A DNA stretch of 64,000 nt. It comes from an uncultured Trueperaceae bacterium (GTDB lineage Bacteria > Deinococcota > Deinococci > Deinococcales > Trueperaceae). Location: the NCBI GenBank assembly GCA_963815215.1, contig CAWFFU010000010.1:295863-359862 (forward strand), written 5' to 3'. Shown in pieces: positions 23,150 to 33,791 of the stretch. The notes beneath the pieces were generated by a model. That model was given only the letters and a program-made list of their open reading frames with translations, ran no database searches and was not told the DNA's origin. Position 1 is the first letter of the stretch. The number at the start of each line of letters is the position of its first letter. The position numbers and the translations under genes were made by a program.

Positions 23150-24976
23150 TCAGCTCTGCACGCAGTTCTTGCCACTGCGCTTGGCGCGGTAGAGCATGGC
23201 GTCGGCGCGGGCCAGCAGGGTGGAGCCGTCCTCCTGCGGTCGCAGGCTCGCCACTCCCAGGCTGACGGTGAGCCGGATGCTGTGGTGCAAGCCGTCCCAG
23301 CTCTCCGACTCGACGACCTCGCGCAGCTTCTCCGCCACCTCGACCGCGCCCGCGATGCCGGTGTCGGGCATCACCACCACGAACTCCTCGCCGCCGAAGC
23401 GCGCGCACAGATCGACGTCGCGGACCTGCGAGCACATGAGGTGCGCCAGATGCTTGAGCACCTCGTCGCCGACGGTGTGCGAGAAGCGGTCGTTGACCTC
23501 CTTGAAATCGTCGATGTCGAGCATCAGTAGCGACAGCGGGACGCCGCTGCGGCGGCTGCGCGCCAGTTCCGTCTCCAGGCGGGCGTCGAGGGCGCGCCGG
23601 TTGTGCAGGCCGGTGAGCCCATCGAGGTTGCTGAGCCGCTCCAGCTCGGCCGCCTGCCGTTCGAGCTGGCGATGGAGCTCGCGCAGCTCGCGGTAGGCGC
23701 GCGCCAGCTCGACGTTGGTCAGGCGGTCGATCTCGCGGTCCTTGCGCAGCCGCTCGACGTCGTACTGCAGTACCAGCACCTCGGTGCGCACGTCCGAGAC
23801 CTCACGCATGACCTGCTCGCGGTGCCGGTGGTAGGCCTCGTAGTGGTCGAGCGCGGCCTCGGCGTCGCCGGTCTCGCGCAGGGCGCGCGCCAGGCCGTGA
23901 TGGGCGCGGTAGACGTCGACCGAAGAGCCGAGCTCCACGGCCGTGTCCAGCGCGGAGCGCAGCGCGCGCAGGGCCCGATCGGGCCTGTCGCGGGCCAGCT
24001 CCGCCTCGCCGGCGCCGATCAGCGCCTGGCAGCGCGAGCGCTTCTGGACGCCCGGCCCGACGAGCTCGTCGAGGCAGCGTTGGAAGGCGCCCAGGGCGGC
24101 CTCGGCTTGACCCTGCTCGAGGTACATGTGGCCCAGGCTCAGCAGGTTGAGGCTGGTGCCGTAGGCGTCGGAGACTTCGATGCCGCGCCGGAAGAAGCGC
24201 TCGGCGGCGACGTAGTCGCGCTTGCGCTGCATCGCCAGGCCGATGGCGCGCAGCGCCGTCGAGCGCTCGCGCTGGCGCTCGGGAGCGTCGCCCATGACTT
24301 CCAGGGCGCGCTCGGAGTACTCCAGCGCGCGATCGATGTGGCCGAGGTTGAGGTAGGTCTCGGCGACGCCGTTCAGGGGGCTGGCGGTGAGCTCCGGAGC
24401 GATCGGCTCGAGCACGGCCAGGGCGTGGGTGTGGTGCTCGAGCGCCTGCTCGTAGAGTCCCACCTTGTCGTAGCCCCAGCCCAGCCCGTGGCGGGCCAGC
24501 GCCTCGCCGACGGCGTCGCCCAGCGCATGCCGCAGGTAGGCCTCGAGGTTGGCGTACAGCAGCGAGGCCGGGAAGTCGCCGAGGCGGAAGTTCGATATCG
24601 CCAGGGCGGTGGCGGCTTCCGCCAGCGCCCCGCGGGCGCGGAGGGGCAGCGCCTCCAGCGCCTCGCCCCAGTGCGCCGCGTCGTGCCCGGGGTCGATATG
24701 GGCGGCCTGCAGCGCCTCCATGGCGTAGCTGCGGGCCAGGTCGTACTCGGTGTCGCGGAAGCTGGCGTGCGCCAGCAGGGCACGGCTGATCAGCCGGCCG
24801 CTGCGGTCGTGGAGGAACTCCGAGAGGTCGGCAGCCTGTTCGGCCAGCGCCCGGAAGTGGTGGTTGTCGCCGTCGACTGCCGCCCATGCGGCCGCCAGCG
24901 TTGCCTCCAGCCGGCGCTCGTCGTCCGGTATCGCAAGCAGCGCCTCCAGGTCGGCCGGTGGCACGGTGTCGCCCAT
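23150..24976 (-). CDS. TPR-containing diguanylate cyclase
   Basis: TPR repeats then DGLTGLHNRR, DIDDFKEVND and RFGGEEF. Confidence 0.92.
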   Translation of the reverse strand: MGDTVPPADLEALLAIPDDERRLEATLAAAWAAVDGDNHHFRALAEQAADLSEFLHDRSGRLISRALLAHASFRDTEYDLARSYAMEALQAAHIDPGHDAAHWGEALEALPLRARGALAEAATALAISNFRLGDFPASLLYANLEAYLRHALGDAVGEALARHGLGWGYDKVGLYEQALEHHTHALAVLEPIAPELTASPLNGVAETYLNLGHIDRALEYSERALEVMGDAPERQRERSTALRAIGLAMQRKRDYVAAERFFRRGIEVSDAYGTSLNLLSLGHMYLEQGQAEAALGAFQRCLDELVGPGVQKRSRCQALIGAGEAELARDRPDRALRALRSALDTAVELGSSVDVYRAHHGLARALRETGDAEAALDHYEAYHRHREQVMREVSDVRTEVLVLQYDVERLRKDREIDRLTNVELARAYRELRELHRQLERQAAELERLSNLDGLTGLHNRRALDARLETELARSRRSGVPLSLLMLDIDDFKEVNDRFSHTVGDEVLKHLAHLMCSQVRDVDLCARFGGEEFVVVMPDTGIAGAVEVAEKLREVVESESWDGLHHSIRLTVSLGVASLRPQEDGSTLLARADAMLYRAKRSGKNCVQS

Positions 24977-25130
24977 GGGCAGCTCGTTCCCCTCCGCGCG
25001 GCCCCCCAGCGCCCCGCCAGACTCCCATTATGCAAGAGGTGGCGGTCGCAGACTGTGCGCCTCGGCGGGCGGGAGGGTCGGGTGCGCTGCGGGAGGGCCG
25101 GGTGAGGCGCGGGCGGGTCGCGACCGGGTT

Positions 25131-25748
25131 TCAGCGTCGCATCAGCGCGAAGGCGATGTCCGGGCCTTGCTCGAGCCCGTAGGCGAGGTGCACCCACAGC
25201 CGGGCGAGGTGCTCGAGCTGCTCGGCCGCGCTCAGGGCGCCGCAATCGACCGGCTCGAGGCCGAGGTCGCTCGCCAGCCCGGCGGCGCGCGCCTTGGCGT
25301 CCGGGTCGTCGCCGGCCAGGAACAGGCTGGCGGCGTGGCCGGCGAAGCGCGGGTCCTCCATGCCGGCGGTGCCGATGCAGTTGAAGGCCTTCACGACGTG
25401 GGTGCCCGGCAGCGCGCGGGCCAACAGCTCCGCCGTCGAGGTCGTACCCTGCGGGCGCTCCTGGATGGCGTTGGTGGCGTCGAGCAGCACCTTGCCGCGC
25501 AGGTCACCCAGTCCCAGGAGGTAGTCGCGCGCCACCCGCCAGGGCGTGGCGAGCAGCAGCGTGTCGGCCTGCGTCGCCGCCTGGGCGGGCAGCAGCGCGC
25601 GGGCGCCGGGGCCGGTGAGCTCCACCAGCTCGCGCACGCTCGCCGAATCGGGGGTGCGGCTGCCGTAGACGATGGTGTGGCCGGCACGGGCCCAGGCGGG
25701 CCCCAGCGTGGAGCCGACGTTGCCGGTGCCGAGGATGGCGATGTCCAT
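25131..25748 (-). CDS. NADPH-dependent F420 reductase-like oxidoreductase (F420_oxidored)
   Basis: IAILGTGNVG Rossmann motif, LLDATN and VVKAFN; ATG at 25748 with GGAGG RBS. Confidence 0.85.
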   Translation of the reverse strand: MDIAILGTGNVGSTLGPAWARAGHTIVYGSRTPDSASVRELVELTGPGARALLPAQAATQADTLLLATPWRVARDYLLGLGDLRGKVLLDATNAIQERPQGTTSTAELLARALPGTHVVKAFNCIGTAGMEDPRFAGHAASLFLAGDDPDAKARAAGLASDLGLEPVDCGALSAAEQLEHLARLWVHLAYGLEQGPDIAFALMRR

Positions 25749-25927
25749 GCTTCCTCCTGGTGGGTCGGGGTTCCGTGGGCGCGGGCCCGCTGTTCGCGCG
25801 CAACCGGGCCACGCTCTTCCGGGTCGCGCTTCTCCGGATCGGGGGCCTCCCTGTCGGTGGCGCTCCGTGCCCCGTGCTGCGCTTCGGCCCGAGGATACGT
25901 CCGGGAGGCCGGGCGCCGGGGTCGCGC

Positions 25928-25987
25928 AGGGTGCGCGCAGGGTGCGGGCAGGGTGCGGGCGGGGTGCGGGCGGGGTGCGGGCGGGGG
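25928..25987 (+). repeat. 11-bp G-rich tandem repeat (RGGGTGCGGGC) x5
   Basis: agggtgcgcgc agggtgcgggc agggtgcgggc ggggtgcgggc ggggtgcgggc ggggg, between divergent genes. Confidence 0.85.
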
Positions 25988-26045
25988 TAGCACCCCTGTC
26001 GCGCGCGAGCACGGGAGCGGCCGCCGCCGGACCTACCCTGGAGCC

Positions 26046-26513
26046 ATGTCCGATGACACCGTGTGGCCCGACGATTTCGTGTGGCGCGGCCCGGTCCCGG
26101 CGCCGGAGGCGTGGGGCAAGCCCGGGCTGGTCATGCTCTTCAACCTGGAGTGCCCAGGCTGCATCTCGCGCGGGGTGCCGTTCCTCAAGCGCCTGGCGGC
26201 CGAGCACGGCGACCGCCTGCAACTGGTGATGGTCCACACCGCCTACGGGCACCGGGCGTATCCCCGCGACGAGGTGGTGCCCACCCTGACGCACTTCGCC
26301 GAGAGCTTCGCGCGCCTGGAGATCCCGGTGGCGCTGGACGTCGACGGCAGCCTGGCCGAGGCCTGGGGCGCCGAGGGCACCCCGCACTGGCTGGTGTTCG
26401 ACCGCCAGGGCCAGCAGGTGCGCAGCATCTACGGCTCGCAGGAGAACGCCCAGACCCGGCTTGGCTACCTGCTCGAGGAGCTGCTGGCCGACGGCGACGG
26501 CGTGCCCGGCTGA
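26046..26513 (+). CDS. Thioredoxin-fold redoxin (TlpA/peroxiredoxin-like)
   Basis: FNLECPGC CxxC motif and GTPHW cis-Pro loop. Confidence 0.82.
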   Translation: MSDDTVWPDDFVWRGPVPAPEAWGKPGLVMLFNLECPGCISRGVPFLKRLAAEHGDRLQLVMVHTAYGHRAYPRDEVVPTLTHFAESFARLEIPVALDVDGSLAEAWGAEGTPHWLVFDRQGQQVRSIYGSQENAQTRLGYLLEELLADGDGVPG

Positions 26514-26555
26514 GCGGACGGCAGGCGCCGGAGCGCGGTCAGTGGCGGAGCGCGG

Positions 26556-27167
26556 TCAGTGGCGGCCGCGCCACCACGACAGCAGGAACACCCCGGAGCC
26601 GATGAGCACCGCCGGCAGCAGCCAGTGCGGGCCGTTGCCCGACGGCGAGTTGACGAGCACCGTCAACACGATCCACAGCAGCGCCGGCGCCAGCGCCCAG
26701 CGCTGGCCGCCGCGCCCCCTGGGCAGCAGGTAGAGGGTGGTGAAGGTGGCGGCGAAGCCCAGGAACAGCAAAGGCGCCGGGTTCCAGCCGGGGAACAGCG
26801 CCTGCGACCCCGCCACCAGCGCCACCGAGGCCAGCACCCCCGATGGCAGCAGCGCCCACCAGCGCCGCGGGCTCGCGAGGTAGACCAGCGCGAAGACCAG
26901 CGCCGGGAAGCCGAGGGCGGCGACGCCCGCGAAGCGGCCGGCACTGGGGATGGCGAAGGCGCCGATCACGGCGATCAGGGCGATGCGCGCGCCGGGCCGC
27001 AGGCGGCCGCGCGTCCCCCACCAGGCGGCGGCGCCGACGGCGAACAGCAGCAGCACCCGCATCAGGTCCGGCAGGGCGCCCAGCGCGGGGCTGCGCGCGG
27101 CCACCGCCAGCACGCCGGCGGCGATGAGCACCACGCCGATGGTGGTCGACGAGCTACGCCGCGCCAC
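26556..27167 (-). CDS. Multi-pass membrane protein, paralogue of 29998-30961
   Basis: Hydrophobic; WWALLPSGVL and LFLGFAATF motifs shared with the paralogue. Confidence 0.7.
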   Translation of the reverse strand: MARRSSSTTIGVVLIAAGVLAVAARSPALGALPDLMRVLLLFAVGAAAWWGTRGRLRPGARIALIAVIGAFAIPSAGRFAGVAALGFPALVFALVYLASPRRWWALLPSGVLASVALVAGSQALFPGWNPAPLLFLGFAATFTTLYLLPRGRGGQRWALAPALLWIVLTVLVNSPSGNGPHWLLPAVLIGSGVFLLSWWRGRH

Positions 27168-29098
27168 GGCCGGCTCCTTCCGGCGTTGCGTGCCCTTCGG
27201 CGGCGCAGGGCGCGTCGACGGTGAGGGTGGTGCCCTCGCCCGGGCGGCTGGCGATGTCGAGCGTGCCGCGGATCTGACGCGCGCGCTCCTGCATGGACTG
27301 CAACCCCAGGTGATCGGCGCCGACGGGCTCGGGGCCCGGATGCGCCGTGTCGCCGCCCGGGTCGAAGCCGACGCCGTCGTCGGCGACGGTGAGACCCACG
27401 CGGCCGTCCCGGGTCGTCAGCGTCACCCGCACGTGCGCGGCGCGGGCGTGCTTGACGACGTTGTGGAGGGCCTCCTGGGCGATGCGGTAGAGCGCCTGCT
27501 TGGTGGCGAAGGGGGCGTCGGGCTCGGCCGGCGCCTCGAGCGTGGCGTCGATGCCGTGGCGCGTCTCCATCACGTCGAGCTGCTTGCGCAGCACGCCGAT
27601 GAGCCCCTCGTTCTCGAGCGACTCGGGGCGCAGCACGAAGATCAGCGCGCGCATCTCCTTGATGCCGGCTTGGGCCAGGTTCTCGACGTAGTCCAGCGCC
27701 TGCCGGGCGTCGTCGGGAGATTCGCCGAGCCTGCGCTGGGCGGTGTGCGTCCCCAGCAGGATGGCGTAGAGCGCCTGGCTGACGGAGTCGTGCAGCTCGC
27801 GCGCGAGGTGCTGGCGCTCTTCCAGCGCGGCGCGCTCCTGCACGCGCTGGTACAGCCGGGCGTTCTCCAGCGCCACGCCGAGCTGGTTGGCGAACGCCAC
27901 GGTGAGCTGGCGGCGCTCGATGCCGGGGTCGGTGCCGGGTCGGTGTTGCGCCCGGGGTTGCGGGCAGATTCGGGGCCCGTGCCGGGGCCCGTGCGGCGGG
28001 GTCTTCCGCGGGCGCACGGGTCACCAGTAGCACGCCGACGACCGCGTCGCGTACGACCATCGGCACGGCCAGCAGCCGCGGGGCCGGGGCATGTGCGGGC
28101 GCGCGTGAGGGTGTGTGTGCGGGCGCGCCAGTGGGTGCGCCCGCTTGCGCGGGGACCGCGTCGGCGACCGCGTCGGCCTCCAGCGGCTCGCGCGAGGCCA
28201 GCGCCCGCGCCAGCAGGGCGGGGTCCGCCGGGGGCTCGACGCCGCGCCCGGCGACGCGCCGCGCTTCACCGCCCGGCAGCGGCTCGTAGACGGTGGCGCC
28301 TGAGCAGCCCACGGCGGCCTCGAGCCGTTCGAGGATCTGGTCCAGCATCGGGCCCAGCTCCAGGGTGAGGGCGGTGCTGTTGGAGAGCTCGAGCAGCGCC
28401 GTGAGGTCGGCGGTGCGCTCGCGCACGCGGCGCTCCAGCAGCTCGAGGGACTCGGCCAGTTCGGCGGACATGTGGTTGAACGCCTCGGCCAGCAGCCCCA
28501 GCTCGCTGCGCGAGGTGACGGGCAGGGTCACGCCCAGCCGGCCGGCGGCCAGCTCGCGGGTGCCGCGCACCAGCTCGGCGATCGGCTCGGTGAGCAGGCG
28601 GCGGCTGAACAGGGTGGCGCCGACCAGCGTGAACAGGAACACGGCGGCGAGGTTGATGAGGGTGGAGCGCACGATGGCGCGCAGGTCGAGCGGCGGGGGG
28701 GTGGACGTGCTGGGGTTCGTCGCGCCCGGAGCGGTCGTGCCTGGCAAGGCTGGACCAATTGCGGTCCCGGTCGCCGGCCGGCTGAGCTGCACCACGCCCA
28801 CGCGCGCCTGCTCGAAGGCGCGGGTGAGCTGGATGGCGGTGGCGCCCGCCAGCACCGCCACCACCACGAGGATGAGCAGCGCCAGCCGGGTCTGCAGCCG
28901 GTGGACGACGGGCACGGTCTCGACCGGCGTGAAGACGGCGCCGGTGCGCGGGTCGTGGGGCGGCAGGTCCCGGTGGAACGGGTCGCGGTGCGGCGGCTCG
29001 TTGTTGAGCGGGTCGCGGGGCGCGGTGTGGCTCGCGGTTTCGCCGGTAACGCGGGTCGCGTCGTGGGGCGGGGCTTGGGAGCGCGGGGGGTCGGTCAT
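27154..29098 (-). CDS. Sensor histidine kinase (HAMP-GAF-HisKA_3-HATPase), split by a frameshift near 27930
   Basis: ORF 27062-29098 gives TM/HAMP/GAF; ORF 27154-28017 gives ERQHLARELHDSVSQALY, EALHNVVKHA, DDGVGFD and GLQSMQERA. Confidence 0.88.
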
Positions 29099-29104
29099 GG
29101 CGCG

Positions 29105-29842
29105 CTACTCGAGCCCGGCCAGGCCCTCCTTGAGGGCGAACAGGGCGGCCTGGGTCCGGCTCTGCAGGTCGAGCTTGGAGAGCACGCTGGAGACGTGCGT
29201 CTTCACCGTGACCTCGGAGACGCCCAGGGCGTCGGCGATGGCGCGGTTGGTCAGGCCCTTGGCGACCAGGCGCAGGGTGTCGGTCTCGCGCGGGGTGAGC
29301 ACCTCGCGCATCTCGGGGGTGCGGACCTCGCGCACCAGGCGCTTCTGCACCTTGGGATCGAAGCGCACCTCGCCGCGCGAGGCGGCGCGGATGGCCTCGA
29401 ACAGTGCCTCCGGGCCGGTCTCCTTGAGCAGGTAGGCGGCGGCGCCCGCCTCGACCGCGTCGATGACGAGCCGGTCCTCCAGCACGCTGGTGAGCGCGAC
29501 GACCTCGATCTCGGGGTACTCGGCCTTGATGGCGCGGGTGGCGTCGACGCCGTTCATGACCGGCATCAGCAGGTCCATCAGGACGACCTGGGGGGCCAGC
29601 GCAGCCACGCGTTCGAGTGCCTCGCGGCCGTTGGCGGCCTCGCCCACGACCTCAAGGTCGGGCTCGAGCGAGAGCACCATGCGCAGACCCTGCCGCACCA
29701 CGGTGTGGTCGTCGACCAGGAGCACGCGGATGCGCGCGGGTCGGGTGCTGTCGGGTCGGGTGCCGTCCGAGCCGGCGCTGTCAGAACCGGTGCCGTCGGG
29801 GCCGGCGGGTGCGGGGTCGTGCGGGTTCGAGGCGTCGGTCAC
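29105..29842 (-). CDS. NarL/LuxR family response regulator
   Basis: VLLVDDH, LMDLLMP, YLLK and the LTPRE...VKTHVSSVLSKL HTH. Confidence 0.95.
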   Translation of the reverse strand: MTDASNPHDPAPAGPDGTGSDSAGSDGTRPDSTRPARIRVLLVDDHTVVRQGLRMVLSLEPDLEVVGEAANGREALERVAALAPQVVLMDLLMPVMNGVDATRAIKAEYPEIEVVALTSVLEDRLVIDAVEAGAAAYLLKETGPEALFEAIRAASRGEVRFDPKVQKRLVREVRTPEMREVLTPRETDTLRLVAKGLTNRAIADALGVSEVTVKTHVSSVLSKLDLQSRTQAALFALKEGLAGLE

Positions 29843-29912
29843 CGGGATCTCCCTGCTGGATGGTGCGTCCCTGGGGTGGGTTCAGCTTACCGCCGGCTCC
29901 CGCGCGCGGCTT

Positions 29913-29979
29913 CCATCTTTGGTAGGAGCGCGGTCCCCATCTTTGTGCAGATGTCGCGCGCCGACGCCGCGGCTAGCAT
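29913..29979 (+). promoter_or_regulatory. Putative response-regulator operator(s) and -10 box for the divergent membrane protein gene
   Basis: CCATCTTTG repeated at 29913 and 29937; perfect CATCT-N6-AGATG palindrome at 29938-29953; TAGCAT at 29974-29979. Confidence 0.5.
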
Positions 29980-29997
29980 CGGGGTCGGAGGACAACC

Positions 29998-30961
29998 GTG
30001 ATGGAAGCACCCCTTGGCAAGGACCGCAACACCACGATCGGAGTGATCCTGGTCATCCTGGGAGGGCTGGCACTGCTCTCCAACTTCGGCTTCTTCCAGG
30101 GCATGAGCCACCTGGTGGGCGCGCTCTTCTTCGCGTTCCTGGGCGGGCTGGCCCTGCGGCACTACCAGCGCAAGCACCGCACCGGCTCGCTGGTGGGCGC
30201 CTTCGTGCTCTTCGGCCTGGCGGCCGCGGCCGCCGTCTCCGGCGCCCTGTCGGGCTTCTTCTTCCTGGGGCTCATCGGCGCGGGCTTCGGCGCGCTGTAC
30301 TACACCGACCGCGAGCGCTGGTGGGCGATCATCCCGGCCGGCACGTTGCTGTCGCTGGCGGTGGTGGCGGCGCTCGACGAGTTCGCCCCCCGCTACGAGT
30401 CGGGATCGGTGCTGTTCCTCGGCCTGGCGGCGACCTTCCTGCTGCTGACCCGGCTGCCGGACGAGCCCAAGCGCTGGGCCATCTACCCGGCCGTCGTGTT
30501 CGTGGTGCTGGCCGTGCTGGGGTTCTCGGTGGGCGGCAACTGGCTGCTTCCGCTGGCGTTGGTTGGGGTGGGCGTGTACCTGCTCTACCGGCGCAACGGC
30601 GAACACGCGGCGGTGGCCGAGTCGGTGGCCCAGTCGGTGGTCGAGCCGGCGGTCGAGTCGGCGGCTGCGGCCGGGACAGGCCACGGCGGCAGCCGAGCCG
30701 AGTGCGGCAGGTACCGCGGGCGCAGCGGGCGCCGATGGACCCGCGACACGCGCCGAGCAGCAGCAGGCTCCTGCGCAGGGCGCAGCGGCTGCAACCGAGC
30801 CGGGATCGGCGGGTAATGGGTCGGCGGAAACGGCCACGGCCGGCAGCGGAGCGGCAGGCATGGCGCCGGAGGACGGCGCGTCGCACGGCGGGTCGACGGA
30901 CGACCCAGCGAACGGACGAGCGAACGAGCCGAGCGACGAGGACGATCCCGCGAAGCTCTAG
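29998..30961 (+). CDS. LiaF/LiaI-like multi-pass membrane protein with low-complexity tail (probable frameshift near 30670)
   Basis: GVILVILGGLALLSN N-terminus and several TMs; the acidic Ala-rich tail continues in ORF 30563-30961. Confidence 0.65.
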
Positions 30962-31242
30962 GCGCGACCGGACGCAGGCCCCCGCGGTACGCTCAGACAG
31001 GATGTCGGACGCTCCGAGCCAGAGCCCGGAGCGTCCGACCGTGCCGGTGGTCCAGTTGTGGCCCCGACCCACGCCGAAGGACCTGTGACCTCTACAGGCG
31101 CTTGCGCGGCGGGGGCCACCTGGGCTAAGATTGTCAGGCTGTGCGCTCGTGGGCCGCCCATCCGCGCTAGCGGAGAGCCACAAGCAGGGTGGCAACCCGA
31201 GCGATCCAAGAGGACGAGACCCCATCCCTGCGGGAGACGACG

Positions 31243-31737
31243 ATGAAGTACAACAAAGGCGCCATCCTGCGCTCGATCGAGCAGCCCTCCATGCGGGACG
31301 ATGTGCCCGACTTCGACACCGGCGACACGGTCCGCGTCGACTACAAGGTCGTCGAGGGCAACCGTAGCCGCATCCAGGCGTTCGAAGGCGTCGTCATCGC
31401 CAGGAAGAACGGCAAGGGTGCTCGCTCCAGCGTGACGGTTCGCAAGGTGTCGTTCGGAGAAGGCGTCGAGCGCATCTTCCCGATCCACTCGCCGCTGATC
31501 GACAAGATCGTGGTGGTGCGGCGCGGCCGTACGCGGCGCGCGAAGCTCTACTACCTGCGCAACCTCCGTGGCAAGAAGGCGCGTCTGCGTACCGACACCG
31601 CCCGCCAGGAGATGGACCGTGCCGCGGCCCGCGCCGCGCGCGACGCTGAGGTCAACGGTGGAGCGGCCGGCGCCGAGGCCGGGGCAGGAGCCAAGGGCTC
31701 GAGCAAGGCCAAGGGCAAGAAGGCCAAGACGTCGTAG
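31243..31737 (+). CDS. rplS: 50S ribosomal protein L19
   Basis: [30 protein letters not shown] and RRAKLYYLR. Confidence 0.97.
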   Translation: MKYNKGAILRSIEQPSMRDDVPDFDTGDTVRVDYKVVEGNRSRIQAFEGVVIARKNGKGARSSVTVRKVSFGEGVERIFPIHSPLIDKIVVVRRGRTRRAKLYYLRNLRGKKARLRTDTARQEMDRAAARAARDAEVNGGAAGAEAGAGAKGSSKAKGKKAKTS

Positions 31738-31762
31738 CCGAACGCGCGAGCCACGCGCGTTG

Positions 31763-31792
31763 TTGACACCCCGCCAGCCCTCCGACTAACAT
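31763..31792 (+). promoter_or_regulatory. Sigma70-type promoter for tRNA-Ala
   Basis: TTGACA (31763-31768), 18-bp spacer, TAACAT (31787-31792). Confidence 0.7.
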
Positions 31793-31829
31793 GTTCCTTG
31801 CCCGTGCTGGCGGGCACAATCCATCCCAT

Positions 31830-31905
<76 letters not shown>

Positions 31906-31933
31906 GAGAAACGGCGTTCTAAACGCAAGATGT

Positions 31934-31960
31934 GAGGCGCACCGCAAGTGGGTGCGCCTC
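31934..31960 (+). terminator. Hairpin between tRNA and convergent integrase (likely terminator)
   Basis: GAGGCGCACC-gcaagtg-GGTGCGCCTC, perfect 10-bp stem followed by CTTCTAT. Confidence 0.6.
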
Positions 31961-31990
31961 CTTCTATCTAGGGTTGACAGCAATTTGACA

Positions 31991-33176
31991 TCAGTTGTCG
32001 GGTTGGGCCGATCCGAGGAGTTGATCCATGGACAGCGCTGCGGCGCGGTGCTGCTCCTCGTAGGTGTGCTGGTAGACCGATCGGGTGAACTTGACATCGG
32101 TGTGGCCCAGCCGTTCGGAGAGTACCTTGTCGTCGACGTGCTGGCTGAGGGCAAGAGAGGCATAGGTGTGGCGGAGGTCGTGGATCCTGATGACGGGAAC
32201 GTTGGCCTTCTTGCAGATGCGTTTCATGATCCGCTTGAGATTGTCCGGGTGGTAGGGGGTCCCGATCTCCGTTGCGATGACCACTCCCGACTCCGTCCAT
32301 GCCTCGGCCGCGAGCTTGCGATCCTCGTCCTGCTTCTGGCGGTGCTGACTGAGGACCTCGACAACGTCGGGCGACAGGTAGATCATCCGCCTGCTCGAGT
32401 CCGTCTTCGGCGGCGCGAACTCAAGCCCACCTCCTGGCCTGCTCCGCAGGGCTAGCTCGATCCTGAGGTAACCCTCGTCCAGGTCTACGGCATCCCACTT
32501 CAACCCGAAGACCTCCCCCCGTCGGAGGCCGAGGCTCAAGAGCAGGTAGAAGGCCGCGTAGAGCCGCTCGCCTTCGGCGGCCCGCAGAAAGCGAGCCGCC
32601 TGATCCGGGGTCCACATGGCCTTGGGGGTCTTCTTCTGCTTGTAGCGGAAACTGACGCCATCGACCGGGTTCCGCCGCAGCTGTTCCCGCCGGACGGCAT
32701 CAGCCAAGGGCCCCCGCGTCAGCCATAGGGCGTAGTGGATGGTCCGCTTGCTTAGCCCCTTCTCGCCGAGGGAGATCAACAGATCCTCGATATGGCTTGC
32801 GCGGATCCTGTCGATACGCATGTCTCCTAGGACGGGCACGATGTGGTCGTTGAGGAGTTGTGCGTAGGACTGGTAGGTCGTGCGCGCAACCCGCGGCTGC
32901 CTCACCTGTAGCCATCGTCCCGCAAGCCGTCCGAATGTGACCGCCTCGGAACCAATCAGCTCGCCCTTGCCGTGAAGGTAGAGCATCTCGTTGAGCAGCT
33001 TGCGGGCTTCGTCTTCGGACTTGGCGTACCTGTAGATCCGGCGGGGCTTGCCTTCAGGCGTGCGGCCGATGGTAAGTGCTGCCTGCCAGCGGCCATCTTT
33101 GCGTTGTGTGATTGAGCCCTCGTTGTTGTGGCGGCGGCGCCGCTCTTTCCTTCTGCTTCTTGCTGCGAGTTGCCAT
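31991..33176 (-). CDS. Tyrosine recombinase/integrase (one-base frameshift near 33150)
   Basis: GLRRGEV, HDLRHT, LGH and Y motifs; the frame extends upstream to RRRHNNEGSITQRKDGRWQA; ATG at 33176 with GGAGG RBS is one base out of frame. Confidence 0.92.
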
Positions 33177-33432
33177 CGCTTCCTCCAGACAGTGTTGCTA
33201 GCTCCGGGGTTGTTGCGGGCTTAGGGCTGTCCCCCTTTCAGTGGGATTCGCCTTGCCCGCTCCCCAGTCGGTGCTGTGGTGGAAGCAGTGACATCAATTC
33301 TAGCTGATGCAGGCGGTCATGGCAAGCAGAGATCGCGTCCTGGACGCATAAGACAGTCTTACCCCTGGGGTGGCGACTGCGAAGCGACAGCCCACCACGG
33401 CAACATCCCGATGTACCGAGGCGAGAGCCCGT

Positions 33433-33580
33433 ACAAGTGGACCCCGGATTCCGGACAGCCGGCTTAGGTGGGAAGCGGTAGTCTTCCGGGATGGGGAGCA
33501 GCGTGAAGAAGCAGCGTCGGAATCACTCTCCGCAGTTCAAGGCCAAGGTGGCTCTGGAGGCGGCGAAGGAGGAGCGCAAT
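33433..33580 (+). pseudogene. IS3-family left end and truncated transposase OrfA
   Basis: IR-like AAGTGGACCCCGGATTCCGGACA then KKQRRNHSPQFKAKVALEA, which breaks off after about 25 codons. Confidence 0.7.
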
Positions 33581-33791
33581 CCCGGTGAGCGCCTCGTCCC
33601 GCAAGACCAACTCACTCTTGCGCCCCATCCAGTCACTGATGTTCCCTTGGTCTTCGCTGCACTGGCCACGGCCATTTGAGAGTCACGCGACCGGTTCTTC
33701 TCGCAGACTTGCGACTGCCGCGATGCAGGACGTCTACGGGTGCGGGCCGAAGCGGTCACCTTGAACGCCCTCATGACAGGCGAGACATGTA

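Noticed and set aside
20866..25987. Possible CRISPR arrays at the repeat tracts (20866-20957, 25928-25987)
   Set aside because: Units are 11-16 bp, directly adjacent, with no unique spacers and no cas genes in the window.
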